Assembly (NCBI GenBank): GCA_964016885.1
Contig: OZ024740.1
Coordinates: 105,834,001-105,898,000, forward strand
Length of the DNA: 64,000 nucleotides
Source of the DNA: Eledone cirrhosa
Lineage: Eukaryota
Direction: 5' to 3'
In this document: piece by piece, positions 13,975-26,669 of the stretch
How positions within the stretch are numbered: position 1 is the first letter of the stretch
Layout of the letters: each line of letters opens with the position of its first letter
Translations under genes and position numbers: made by a program
Notes under the pieces: model-generated
The model's database searches: none
The model's input: only the letters and a program-made list of their open reading frames with translations
Told to the model about the DNA's origin: nothing

Positions 13975-14429
13975 AACAACCTGTACAACCCTGTAGGACC
14001 TGTATGATGGTCGGGTCGTCGGCGACTAAACCGGCTACCCCAACAAGTTGCTTGGTGAGGAGGGTGATATTTGGACACCCTGCGGGATGAAATACAAGAC
14101 TCGGCGAAGGGCGGAGGACCTCAGCAGAGTCAACGGCCATCCAAATAGTACCTTTTTTTTTCACCTGGGAGTGAAAGGCGTCCAGTTGTTGTCACAACAC
14201 CTTTCTAGGGGAGGGAAACTCTGAAAAAAAAAAGAAACCTGCGGCTTCGGAAGCATCCGAAGATGTTGACCAGTTCTCCTTTTCGGGTAGTGTTTTCGAT
14301 GCTCAGAGAGTGGGATTGGTCGAGTGCAAGGCCTTTCCCCACTGAAAAAATTTTCAAAGCACAGACATTGCTTGTTCAGGATCAGTTACAAGCGATTGCA
14401 ATACTCTTAGCAGAGTCTGCAGCCATCAT
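13975..14429 (+). mobile_element. Short non-autonomous RTE-derived element
   Basis: Structured 5' part, RTE-type CTAGGGGAGGGAAACTCTGA motif, and a 3' end GCAGCCATCAT shared with the RTE at 8566. Confidence 0.65.
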
Positions 14430-14432
14430 ATT

Positions 14433-14525
<93 letters not shown>

Positions 14526-14689
14526 GCGTGTGTGTGTGTGTGTGTGCGAAATCCTTGGTGCAGTTAGGTATATTTGATATACAAAATAATATTGTAAAAT
14601 TGTAATATTATAAAACTGAATTGTTTCATTGTTTAGAACTACAAATAAAGTCATTCTTTTCCTTTTTTCAAATATATATAAAAAGAAAC

Positions 14690-15280
14690 TTTTCACTCTA
14701 CATGGCTGAATACAATAAATGTAATCTGAAATTTTAAATATTAATAATAACATTCGATTTGTTTGCAATTATGCAAACAAGCCTCAATTTTATAGCCATG
14801 TCAGTAGAATGAACACTTCATTCTTGCTCTTGTGTTGGCATGTGAACAGAACTGCAGACACTAATATTTCTGGGTATCAGCCTTCATCAGTACAGCTCAC
14901 TGTTCACCTGCCAAACTATCAAAGCTAGTGAAAATATATGCTCTTTTTAAAAATACACAGTGACTGATCGGCCTGATTTGCATATTAGAAGACTGGCTGA
15001 ACAGTCAGATCTGCATATTAGGAAATCCAGTGATCAGCCAGATTTGCATATTAGCAGACTGGTCAGTCAGTTACCTGTATACGAGCGATAAATGGCCGGC
15101 TTTGCCAACTGCAGTTCTGTTCACATGCCAACACAAGAGCAAGAATGAAGGATTCCTTCTACTGACATGGCTATAAAATTGAGGCTTCTTTGCATAATTG
15201 CAAACGAATCGAATGTTTTTATTAATATTCGAAAAACTCAGATTACATTTATTGTATTCAGCCATGTAGAGCGAAAAGTC
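14690..15280. mobile_element. Hammerhead-bearing inverted-repeat element
   Basis: Arms about 14690-14857 and 15109-15280; HHR on the minus strand at 14852-14895; three octamer repeats in the spacer. Confidence 0.8.
14852..14895 (-). ncRNA. Type I hammerhead ribozyme
   Basis: CUGUA-CUGAUGA-AGGCUGAUACCCA-GAAA-UAUUAGUG-UC-UGCAG; stem I extends to about 20 bp, stem II is weak. Confidence 0.65.
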
Positions 15281-15324
15281 TCTTTTTTGTTTGAATTTGG
15301 CAAAGCAGGCCATTCATCACTCGT

Positions 15325-15659
15325 ATAGTTAGGAAATTACAAGTACAATCCATTAATGGAACAGTAAAAATATGTAAAACATTCCAAAAATTTTGTATCT
15401 AATAACTGCATATACACATGTAGAGATACGAAGCATATACACATGCACACATACAACTCAAAACATCCACACATACAATAACATCCATACCTACACATGC
15501 ATGCATGCAGGCATGCATGCAGACATGCATACATATCTACCTAGTTGATGTTGTGTAAATTCCAATGAAAGAGTCTTGTAACTATGTTAGAAACCGACTC
15601 TCTCTCTATTGGTAAAAATTCGTGAAATTATAAAACCAGAAGAACATACATACATACAT
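15325..15659 (+). mobile_element. 5'-truncated R4/Dong-type LINE 3' end with CATA tail
   Basis: IVRKLQVQSINGTVKICKTFQKFCI-stop followed by the same 3' UTR as 18420-18632. Confidence 0.85.
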
Positions 15660-18632
15660 TTTGGCAAATCAACGCCTATTTATATGCCTTAGCAATGACA
15701 GTTAAGCATTATCTTAGTGACAGAAGAGATATTAACAGTAACTAAACACCACAAAAATACCATCATATATAACTAAAGTAGAAAAAAAAGATTGTTGACA
15801 TACGAAAAACTATAGGATATGTGACAATGCTCTATACATGCAAACAAAAACAAAAAAACTTCCCTCCTCACCAACAAAGAGTGACAAATAAAATAGAAAC
15901 GACGTTTGGTGACTGAACAACCAGAACTCTTCAATATAAACTGATCACCTTCAAACAAGAATTGGGTAGATGAAAGAAAAATACTTAATAAAAGATTCAG
16001 ACGAATCCCAACATCAGTCTATAGAGATATGAAGGGAAAAGTAATAAATATCACTGAAGCCCCATCACAGAAAGACATAGACACCTTCTGGAGAAAATTA
16101 TGGCGTGAAAAGAAGAATTTCAACCAAGATGCAGTGTGGCTCAAAGAAATCTAAAAGAACTATTGCTCCTACACTACAACAAAAGTATATGAAATAAATG
16201 AGGATACCCTTGGGACTGCGATAAGGAAACACCAAGAAAAGATTTTATTTCCGGCTACTGGTACAAAGAAACTGATATTCTATCGGATGTATTTTATCGA
16301 CCTCTACCAACAAGCTCTCAAGGTAGATGCACATATTCCAGAATGGTTGACATTAGCACACTCAATACAGGTCCTCAAGGGCAACGACACCGACTTTGCA
16401 AAAAACTACCGACCTATTGCATGCCAGAACCTGATTTACAAAATGTATACAGCATTGTGAAAATAGTAATATCATCACAGATGAACAAGCAGCTGGAAAA
16501 AACGTGTTAGGGTGTGTGTTGAACAATTCCTAATTAACAAAACTGCGATGTCCGAGGTGCGGCAACATAGGAGGATTATGGCTAAAGTCAGGCTGGACTA
16601 CAGGAAAGCATTTAAATCTATTCACAACTCTTGGGTGATAGAGGCCCTCCGTCTTGCTAAAGTTCCAGACATTATTATCAGAGTCACAGAGAAGCTGTCT
16701 TCTTGTTGGGCTACTAACCTAAAGTTGAAATCAGAGAAGGGGGACTCTATTTTCACTGATCGAATATAATATCGCAGGGGTATATTTCAAGGAGACAGTC
16801 TCTCTGTGCTACTATTTATCATGTCATTAAACCCCTTATCCTTTCTGCTCAGGAAATGTGAAGGATACATCATTGCCTCACAGGAGGACGGAAATACGAA
16901 CTTAACCCATAATTTCTTTGTGGATGACCTGAAACTCTATTCCAAGAACATAAATAAGATGAAAAATATTAACTTGGTTACAACGTTCCTAAAGGATATA
17001 GAATGGAGTTTGGCCAAGATGAATATATGATAGTAATGCAGAGAAAAACTACAACCCAATCTAACAACATTTTTATCAATGGCTTAACTGTGTCACCGAT
17101 ACCTGGGGATAGATGAGAATATATCATATAATGGTATGTGTAATAAGAAATGCGTAACCAGGGAATATTACACCTGATTAAGAAAAATATGGGCATCGGA
17201 ACTCTCTGCGCACATTAAACCTTGGCTCACAATGTGTTTGCTGTGCCTGTCCTAACACCAACGTTTGGAATACTCGATTGGACGATAGACGAAATCCGAG
17301 TAATTGATGTTAAAAGTCGAAAAATTCTAAACAACACTGGAAACTTCCACATCAACAGTGACATAGACTGCCTTTACTTGAAACGTAAGCAGGGAGGCAG
17401 AGGTCTAACATCAGTCCAGACAGCAGTTGAATGTCGCATTATTACCCTCCGACAACATTTACGAACCTCGAAGCGTAGGAGCCCGTCTCTCGAGCAAGTC
17501 TATCTGCATGAGACAGATAATATCATGAGAGTTGGAAAGGAACTCCTTGAAAGATACTCCCTGCATGATATGCAAAAACTCACACCCAGGGAAATTGCCC
17601 CGCAATACCGTAGCGAATCCTTGGATGAAAAACTGCATGCTTATCAGCAAAAAGTCGTCGAAGGATATGTTGCCAGGAATCTCCAGAGTGAGAGTAATAT
17701 AGATAAGCAAAGTAGTTTATCTTAGACCAACAACCGCTATATTGACTCCCACTTTGAAGGATATGCTTTTGTAATCCAAGAATAGGAAATTAAACAAAAT
17801 ATCTGATTTACAAAAGAGCTAGGGATGCAGGCAAAACACCTAGATGCGACAACAAATGCAGACTCTGCAGAATTAACATCTACGATGTCTCCCATGTCAT
17901 AAGCAACTGTCCAAAGATGTTATCACGGTACTATCTGCCTATGGGGCATGATGTAGTGGCCAAAGCACTATACAATGCAATCCGTAGAAAAGATAACCCC
18001 GACAATAAACACATTAAAAGCTACAGCAATGTGGAAGACATACATATACATAATATGAAAGAGTACTGGTAGAATGTTCCAGTAAAAACCCCAATAAAAT
18101 GCAAACATAACAGACCAGATATCATATGGGACAGGAAAAAAAAGGCATGCACAATAGTGGAAATTAGCTGTCCACCAGATGCCAATATAATATCAAAAAT
18201 TAGCAAAAAAGGAAAATATCTATGCAGATAATGAGAAATCTACAGATATTCCTCCCCGACTATACCTTTAGATTTATGCCTGTGTTTATTGGGGCTCTGG
18301 GATATGTTAGAAACTGCCTCAATACAAATTTTGAGGAACTGAGCTTCACAGAAACAGAAAGAACACGACGAGTTAGGAACAGTAAAAATATGTAAAACAT
18401 TCCCAAAATTTTGCATCTAATAACTGCATATACACATATACAGATACAAAGCATATGCACATGCACACATATAACTCAAAACATACATATCCACACGCAT
18501 AATAACATCCATACCTGCACACACATGCATGCATGCAGACATGCAGGCATGCATACATATCTATGTTGGAAACCGACTCTCTCTCTCTATTGGTAAACAT
18601 TTTTTAAATTATAAAACCAGAAGAACATACAT
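15660..18632 (+). mobile_element. R4/Dong-clade non-LTR retrotransposon (RT, CCHC, restriction-like endonuclease), pseudogenised
   Basis: NYRPIAC, LDYRKAF, RGIFQGDSLS, HNFFVDDLKLY, SDIDCLYLKRKQGGRGL, CRLC...H...C, HDVVA, NRPDII, VEISCP; many stops and frameshifts. Confidence 0.9.
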
Positions 18633-18919
18633 ATGGAATTTTTTTCATATAGCATTCACACAAACAGGTACTTCACTACCTCCAATTATTTACATATGTA
18701 AAGACGTGTTTTTTTAATGTTCTTGTGTTTGTGCATTATTTATGAAAAAAACATTATTATTTATGAAACTTATCTACGTTTATATTAAATGCATAGAAAT
18801 ACGATTCTCTTATATTATACATATTGGAATTTCTGCTTGTATACATTTATATATTGATACGAAATATATAGACATATTAAATAATGGTATATTTATTATT
18901 ATTTGCAAGCCTAACAAAG

Positions 18920-19715
18920 AAGTTCATGGCCTGCCTGCGACTGGGATATATGCATACAGCTGGATTTCCAAAGGTGATCAGCCGAGCTCATGGATGTTAT
19001 CTGAACATCTTACTCTGGTCTACTCGTGGATTTCCTGCCTGTTGGCTTTCTCCAGCGATTCTTTCTTTTGGCATTCTAACCACATGACCGTAGTATCTAG
19101 CTAAAGCGACACTCTGATCTCCGAGCTACGCATTCTATCAAGTTATTCAGGAATAAATAACGTTACTTCAAGAATCCTTTCGAAAAATCCCATTTAAGCC
19201 GCTTGTATTCACGATCGTTTCTTGACCAAGATTCATGCTTCTAGGTAATGGATGGCACAAATACCGAATTGAATATAGCAAGTTTGGCTTTTACACCTAC
19301 CTTCCTTCTTTTGATGACCGAATGCTGAAACTGGCGTATCAAGCATTAATTCCTGCAATTCTTGCACTTAATTTAGCCTCTTGCCTTGCATCACTCATGA
19401 AAACTTGCATGAGATGTTTGAGTATCTGCTTGAGTGGAACTCCTTTCACATGCAGAGTGCAGTGTGCGGGTTCTTAGAGAGGACGAGTGTCTCGGTATTC
19501 GCAGCACTGATTTTCATTCCTGACGTGCAGCATTCGGCAGCAAAAATATCAAGTGCATGTCGCAGATTACCTTCCGACGAGTTAAGTAATACTATGTCGT
19601 CTTTAAATTCCAGCTGACTGTTGTTACTTCCACTAGTCCAGCTACCACTTCCAATCCTGTTCATAAAAATTATGTGTAGGAGAAGTGACAGTACGCAGAG
19701 AGTGGATAGCAACAC
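18920..19715 (-). mobile_element. Degenerate LINE RT fragment (RTE-like)
   Basis: LLHIIFMNRI...FKDDIVLL...LDIFAAEC...GMKISAANTE. Confidence 0.65.
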
Positions 19716-20924
19716 GGCAACCAGATATGATGATTAGTTACGATACAAGCGTATTTTTGCTGAACGAATAAACAATCCGGACCAACAAGGGTAAACTACT
19801 AGCGAAGATGGAGCAATTGGTGACACTGTTAACTACCAAGAAAACAAATTCCATCTAAATTAGAAGCTAATATGCAACTTCAATGTAAACAACACTCAAT
19901 ATATACTATCGACGTGCCAGGTAGTATGAAATTTATTTTTATTTTCCGAAGTTCTAAACTCAGAAAGGACTGTAACAGCAGTCGATTGATATAGAGATTG
20001 GAACTCTGTATATATAAGATGTAAACGCACGACAGCGTGCTCTTAGTAGACACAAATTTATAGGATCAATGGTTAATGATACACGATATTTGAAATACAA
20101 AATGGTTACAGCTAGAATGCTATTCGTTCCAACCTTTCGCAGTCTGAGTTTAAATTCTGCTGTAGTCTTTTGGGTTAGCAGAATTGATCCGTCTAATCCC
20201 TCCTGAACTGTTGTAGCTTTCATCAGACTCCACTCTGTTGCAAGTATTCAGGCGACGTCTTTGGTTGAGTGCACCTTCCTACCACTACTCCTATAGGTAC
20301 CGAGAAAGATAGAAATGGTCATGGGCATTGCCTTTCCTTTCATGATCTAAATAAATCCGAAACTAAGATGAAACAGTCACGGTCAGAATGCTATTTGATC
20401 ATACGTTTTCTTAATTAGAGCTGACCTAGGAGTAAATAAAAACATTCCTGAAACAACTAAAAAGTCAATTTCTCAAAGCTACTCTTTCATCATACAATCA
20501 CTTAAAACAATAAAGAAATTCACCCACTTCTAAATGCCAGCATTTCATTTAACAATAGCCCTTACTTAAAGCGGTTAATGTTTCTTTCACCTTGCCCTGA
20601 CGGTGTGAAAAGACTATTGATTATTCCTTCAATTACATATGTGTTCATTAGCAGCGTAGTTATCTTCAAACATATACAATGGAGATCACTACTGACGAAT
20701 GTGTTTCATTGTTCGGCTCACTCCCCCTCCTCCCGTCTTTATTCATTTAACATGCATATAAGCACTATGTATCACACGCTTTCTCCATAATTACAAGTTG
20801 CTAGAACATTTCTCAGATTTTCACAGCTCTTTCTTACGACCTGATATAACCCATATGAATTGCTGCTTCAATGTATCTATGTATGTGTGTTTACATATAA
20901 GTATTTTGTGTGATTATATACGTG

Positions 20925-20972
<48 letters not shown>

Positions 20973-21194
20973 TATATAGAGATTTGTATATTATACATGC
21001 AAACATACGGACATATATACATACGGTATGCTTACATACATACATACATATATACATACTTACATACATGAGAATAAACATAAAAAGTTACATTGATGTT
21101 GAGGACATATTCACACATAATATGAATGAGTGCACACACACACACACAGACACTCACACACACGCGCGCTCGCGCGCACTCACAGACATACAGA

Positions 21195-22275
21195 CACATA
21201 TGTATTTACCTAGTTTGTGTCTAAATTCCAATGAAAGAGTCTTGTTAGAAATCGGCTCTCTCTATATATATACGTGGACATTTATAAAATAATAAAATGA
21301 GAAGATACATACATACTTACTTACTTACAGCAACCATCTTGCCCAGGCCTATGAATATGAAGGAAATGATATCATTAGGATAGCCACTGATCTCGAGGAG
21401 ATACGACCTGATATAAAATCCCTCTCTCAGGAACATTGGAAGATCCTATTCAATGCTCGAACAAGATAAACATGGACCAATTGACAGAGAAAGTTGTGCA
21501 AGGGACCCTGAGACGAAAAGCACAGACCATATACGGGATAAATCATTCAAAAAGCCTGGCATGGAGTTCCGACAAGTTTATGACATCCCACCTTGAAGAA
21601 TATCTCTATACAATACAGGAACAAGAAATCCCTACCAAATATCTTTTACAGAAATGAGGAGGACCATCAGTCGACATTAAATGTAGACTATGTAAAACAA
21701 AGGTCAAAGATGTTAGCCATATTATTGTCAACTGCGAAAGAATGTTGTCTCACTACTACCTCCTTATGAGACATGATGTGATAGCTAGAACCATCTGGAA
21801 CGCACTTAGGAAAATAAAATTAAAAACAAATGAGGAGGAATATATTGAGACAGATGGCACTAAATTATACTGCTGGTACCTGAAAATAAAAACTGCCACC
21901 AAATTAAAGCACAACGAGCCTGATATTGCTGTCTGGGACCACACGTGCTCTGTTGTAGAGATCAGCTGCCCACTTAATGTCCACTTAATCTACGGGCCAT
22001 TGATGAGGAGTTCATACCCATCATTATTGGAGCTACAGGTTATATACCAACCTGCTTGGACCAAAGTATAACTGAATTTGGATTTGTGGACAAAGAATGC
22101 AGCTCCCTAATTCATAGACTACAAATGGCTGCGATAGCTGGCAACTTCAAAATTCGGAAAACATTCTTGCGATTCAAGGGATGACAATTTGTTTTCTTTT
22201 ATAACCTTGCCACCAGGAAGGTGGCCGGTCAAAAATGTTCTCGAAATGAAGAGAAAGAGAGACATACATACATCT
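21195..22275 (+). mobile_element. R4/Dong 3' UTR remnant (21195-21316) followed head-to-tail by a related R4/Dong 3' fragment (21330-22275)
   Basis: QEQEIPTKY, CRLC..H...C, RHDVIAR, NEPDI, VEISCP; both pieces end in CATACAT. Confidence 0.85.
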
Positions 22276-22784
22276 ATACATATATCAACGCGACCAGTCG
22301 CACATATGACGTGGGAGATTATTCATTACCTATATTCAAGATGAATACTATCTCTGACAGTAATGCCACAACTACCACTCGTGTTGAATTACTGTATATT
22401 CTTTTAATTATATTTACTGAAGACATCTGTTATTCGAATTCCTAGAAATATCGGACTAAATACTAAATCTATTTTACAAGGATTTGCTACAAGTAGCATG
22501 ATTGAACACATCAACATCAACAATATTAGTGGAGAACCGAAGAAAAAAAAAAACAAGAAAGATAAACAATCGATTAATTGGTGAAATATATTTCTTTAAT
22601 GAAATATATACAAGGAAGATTAATCAATTTATAAGGTATCTATTTTTGAAGTTCTAGTTAAACTTTAATTAGTTACCCACATAGCTGTGTGTGCTTACAC
22701 ACTTTTACAGATTATCCCCTGTGATTGTTTCATATGTTTATTGTATATATATATATGTCAATCAATTTCTAGTTGATATCAAAT

Positions 22785-22861
<77 letters not shown>

Positions 22862-22899
22862 ATAGCTGTCTATCTATATTGTTGATGTCTCTCTATATT

Positions 22900-24900
22900 T
22901 GTATACTGTCGCAATATTTGAGGTGTGGGAGCATTGTTTCTAAGTAGATACTGTGGTTATCATTTTCAATAATGTTATCGATGTTAGAAAAATAACTGAA
23001 GCAGACTTTGATGTTCTAGTGATTATATTGTTAATGCAGTTTGATGCTAACGGCGAAATATTTGAATATCAAATTTAGAAAATGTTTCAAAATCAGAATT
23101 GGCGTTGAAGTTGACTATGGTGTTAAACAAATTAACATTTTCGTCAAACCCTTTTGTGTATCTTCTCTCCATCCCTTGCCTTATGAACATACCAAATATA
23201 TATTCCTGCATAAGTCACAGCTTTTCCCACGAAAATATAACGTGAAATGCGTGCATAGTCCCGTAACTCCAAGGGAAGTCGCAGGAGCGCAGTATTTATA
23301 TACAGCGTTTCTAGGGTATTTTTAAATGCCCAATCCTCTCCAGGTTTGAATACAGCAAATAAAAAGAAAGAGAGAGTGAGTGAATGGAAGTGTGAAAGAG
23401 ATATAGAAGAGGAATCGATCCTAGTACTTGACTGATACATTTTTATCGACCTTGAATGGATGAAAGGCAAAGTTGACCTCGAAGCAATTTGAACTCAGAT
23501 AGTCGAAATGAATACTGCAAAGCATTCTATCCGACCTTCTAACGATTCTGTCAATTTGTATGACGGGATATACCTCCATGTAAATTATTTATACCCCATT
23601 TCAAAATATATGGTAAATTGCAAATATTCTATGTAAACTGGTGATGCGACATGTCTACCAGTGGTACTTTGAGAAATGTTTATACGGTAATATTTTTCTT
23701 TGAATCCATTATAATTTAAGATATGTCTAAAATTCGTTCTCTCATATTTTAACAAGCGATTTGAAGAAGATAAGGAGGGTGATTGAAATATTCTGCGGCC
23801 GTTATGTTCATTGCTATCTATCGGGTTTAAAATTGCGTGTATCTAATATGATATCTAAACGTGTAAAATAGGTACAGTAATGTTAAATTTTAGTTTTTAA
23901 TTTGTTAAAGTATTTTCTTATCCAACATAAATTGTGCCTCTTAGAGAGATAAACTGTCGTCTCTGTACAGTCTGATATCTAAGGTCTGAAAGTTTGATTT
24001 CAATATGTCTATATTCTACAATGCCACTAACTCACAAATCTTAACGCTGAGATCAAAAGGACCATTGATGTTTTTCATTCAAGCTCCACATATGATGAAA
24101 TATGATGATTTTTACAATGCATGATAATGTATATATCTCTATTATAGTAAACAGCTTATATCCTTTAAGTGGACTTACGAACTTTCCTTCAAACACTAGA
24201 TATTCTATATTCCTTATGTGACGTATTTTGTTCTGTTGATGGCATTACTGGAAAACTTATGAGTGAGCTTTGAAATAGGTGAACTTTGAAAGAGGTTAAC
24301 TTTAATACAGGTGAGCTTTGAAACACGTGATCTTACCACTGGTTTTGAATTTTTGACCGCTGACTCAGGTTGTCTTTTAGCAATTAGGTAGTGATTTTGT
24401 TTGTTCCCAGTTTAAAATATTGGTGTGCTGCTTTTTGCATTATATTGTGTCATTAATATCGCTTCCATAATTAATCATCGAGTTGTGTGGGAAATTCTGT
24501 ATAAGATGGATATGTTATTTAGTAATGTTTTCCTATCAAGTTTATTTTTGTGTTGTGTGAAGCAGTGCATTGGAATTACAATTGGCAATGCATGGTGGTG
24601 GAGTGAGAAAATGTCATATTTGTTGGACTAATGTAAACGCTTGAGACGGAGTTTAAACCTTCACGGCTGCAAGCAGATTTGTAAATCCAATTCTTTCATC
24701 TGATACATTGATCTTTCGTAACATTTTAACGGGATTGCTATCTTGTGGTTTATTATTAATAAGGATGTATTTTAACATACTATTTTTATAGCATATTATT
24801 AGTACTAAACATAATTGGGGGAGTTACAACAAATCAATTAGAAAATAAATAATTAAAGCAAGAGTTTACACTTTTACTTTGTTTATTACAATATTTCATT
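22900..24900 (-). mobile_element. Possible very old PLE relic, with a degenerate SINE at about 23420-23550
   Basis: Only scattered motif traces (FEGKF..KG, F..LDI, GV.II) in plausible order. Confidence 0.3.
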
Positions 24901-25608
24901 CATAAAAAAACATTGACTATGGTTGAGGAGTGTGAATGAAGAACATCGTTGTTAGAGAAGTATTCCGACACACACAAATTCTGTTGGCTGTTGAGATTTG
25001 CTTTTAATGATAATTACATTACTCTCTATTAAGCGCGCAATGCATATTGTTTCTCTATTTTATAAGCTTGATATAAGATAATCATCTAATTTTATAGATA
25101 GTATCCATTTGAAGAATGTAATACATTTTACGTGTTATTTACGTGTTGTTTTAGTAGATGTACTCTCTGGTGCGTTTAGTGCATTCAATTGTGTCTGTAT
25201 TATTTTGTGGTTAGGCCTGCAAGTGTCTTTCTATACCCGTTGTTTGCTTATGTTTGTGTTCTACCTTAAATGTCTTTATGCTGTGATACTATGACTCGTT
25301 CGAAGTAGATCATATGAATGCATTTGATAAGTGTAGAATTTAACTATGACATTCTATATGTATTTGCATATTAATTGCCAGCATGTAACGCCAGACATTT
25401 ATTAATATAATAAATAAAGTGTAAAGGGGAGTGACATGCTGCCGAGAAAATATGAGAATGATATTAATCAAAAAGATAAAACGAGCTTACAATCCTGATA
25501 TTCAACATGTTCAACAGAATGAGCTGTACCTATTTTACAAATATGTATAAATCTCCCTTGCATTCTTTCTTTCTCTCTTTCACTTTCTTAGTCACCCCCT
25601 CTCTCTCT

Positions 25609-25708
<100 letters not shown>

Positions 25709-25790
25709 CAAAATGGATGCAGTAAAAACCGGTTAGGCCATTACTCACCAGACTACTCGATACTTGGGGTAGTAGAGTGGGTAATATGAA

Positions 25791-25900
25791 GAATTCGGGA
25801 CCCCGATGGCTGAGCTCCTGCCGTTTCAACAGCTACTTCCGAACTGTTTGGATCAAGCTGTTGAAACAGCAAGAGCTCAGCCGTCGTGGTCCCGAATTTC
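25791..25900. repeat. Fold-back hairpin built from a hammerhead 3' half
   Basis: Arms GAATTCGGGACC...CAACAGCT / AGCTGTTG...GGTCCCGAATT; GAAAC(A/G)GCA(A/G)GAGCTCAGCC(G/A)TC reads on both strands. Confidence 0.85.
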
Positions 25901-25925
25901 TCATATATATATATATATATATATA

Positions 25926-26200
25926 ATAATAAAAGGATGATTTGATATGTCTTCGTTACGTTTATTGAGTAGTGACGCTCGTTTTGCTATTGATCAGTTC
26001 AAGGTTCGATCTATATCGATCTAGCCTGACTCTGGAATCAAAAGCTCGTCAGACCTCTGCTGTCATTACCACAACAGATGTCCGACGAGCTTTTGATTCC
26101 ACAGTCGGGCCTTGAGATCGAACCTTGAGCTGATCAATAGTGAAACGTGCGTCGCTACACAATAAATGTAACGAGGACATAACAAATATCCTTTTGTTAT
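25926..26200. repeat. Imperfect fold-back hairpin with ~130-bp arms
   Basis: Complementarity is centred near 26065. Confidence 0.85.
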
Positions 26201-26324
26201 CATAATTGAACTCTGCTTAGTTCTACACCTCTTTACCGACTGGAAACTATGCATCGAGTGCTCACTCGAGTGAACCTACAGTAACTGCACGTTACATTCC
26301 TTATACCCCCCCCCCACACGCACC

Positions 26325-26355
<31 letters not shown>

Positions 26356-26400
26356 GAGATAATCATTTAATTCTATAGCTAGTATCCATTTGAAGGATTA

Positions 26401-26438
26401 CGAGCTGAGGATCTGCTAAGGTGAAACAATTGTTCTCG
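26401..26438 (+). ncRNA. Minimal type I hammerhead ribozyme
   Basis: CGAG-CUGAGGA-UCU GCUA AGG U-GAAA-CAAUUG-UU-CUCG; stem III ACAAUUGU is palindromic. Confidence 0.85.
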
Positions 26439-26640
26439 GTATGGTGAACTAACTGTTGTGTAACCACTTCTACCTAACTCGTCCCATCGACTGAGTACTC
26501 TACCACTACGGATATTACCTTCCAGTGTTCTACCACTATATATATATATGTAAAAGGTAAACAGAAATAACAACACAATCGGTACAGTATATCGGAAGGG
26601 ATATATTAGATTAACGCTTGATATAGCAGGAAGAGGGTGT

Positions 26641-26669
26641 TAACGTTTCGGACGCTAGTCTTTCATCAG
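26641..26669 (-). ncRNA. Minimal hammerhead-like core
   Basis: CUGAUGA-AAGAC UAGC GUCC-GAAACGUUA; no stem I found. Relatives at 29949-29980 (degenerate) and 3703-3717 (truncated). Confidence 0.55.

Noticed and set aside
20130-20320. Possible minus-strand exon after a pyrimidine tract and AG
   Set aside because: Stops in all three frames, a weak donor and no recognisable protein.
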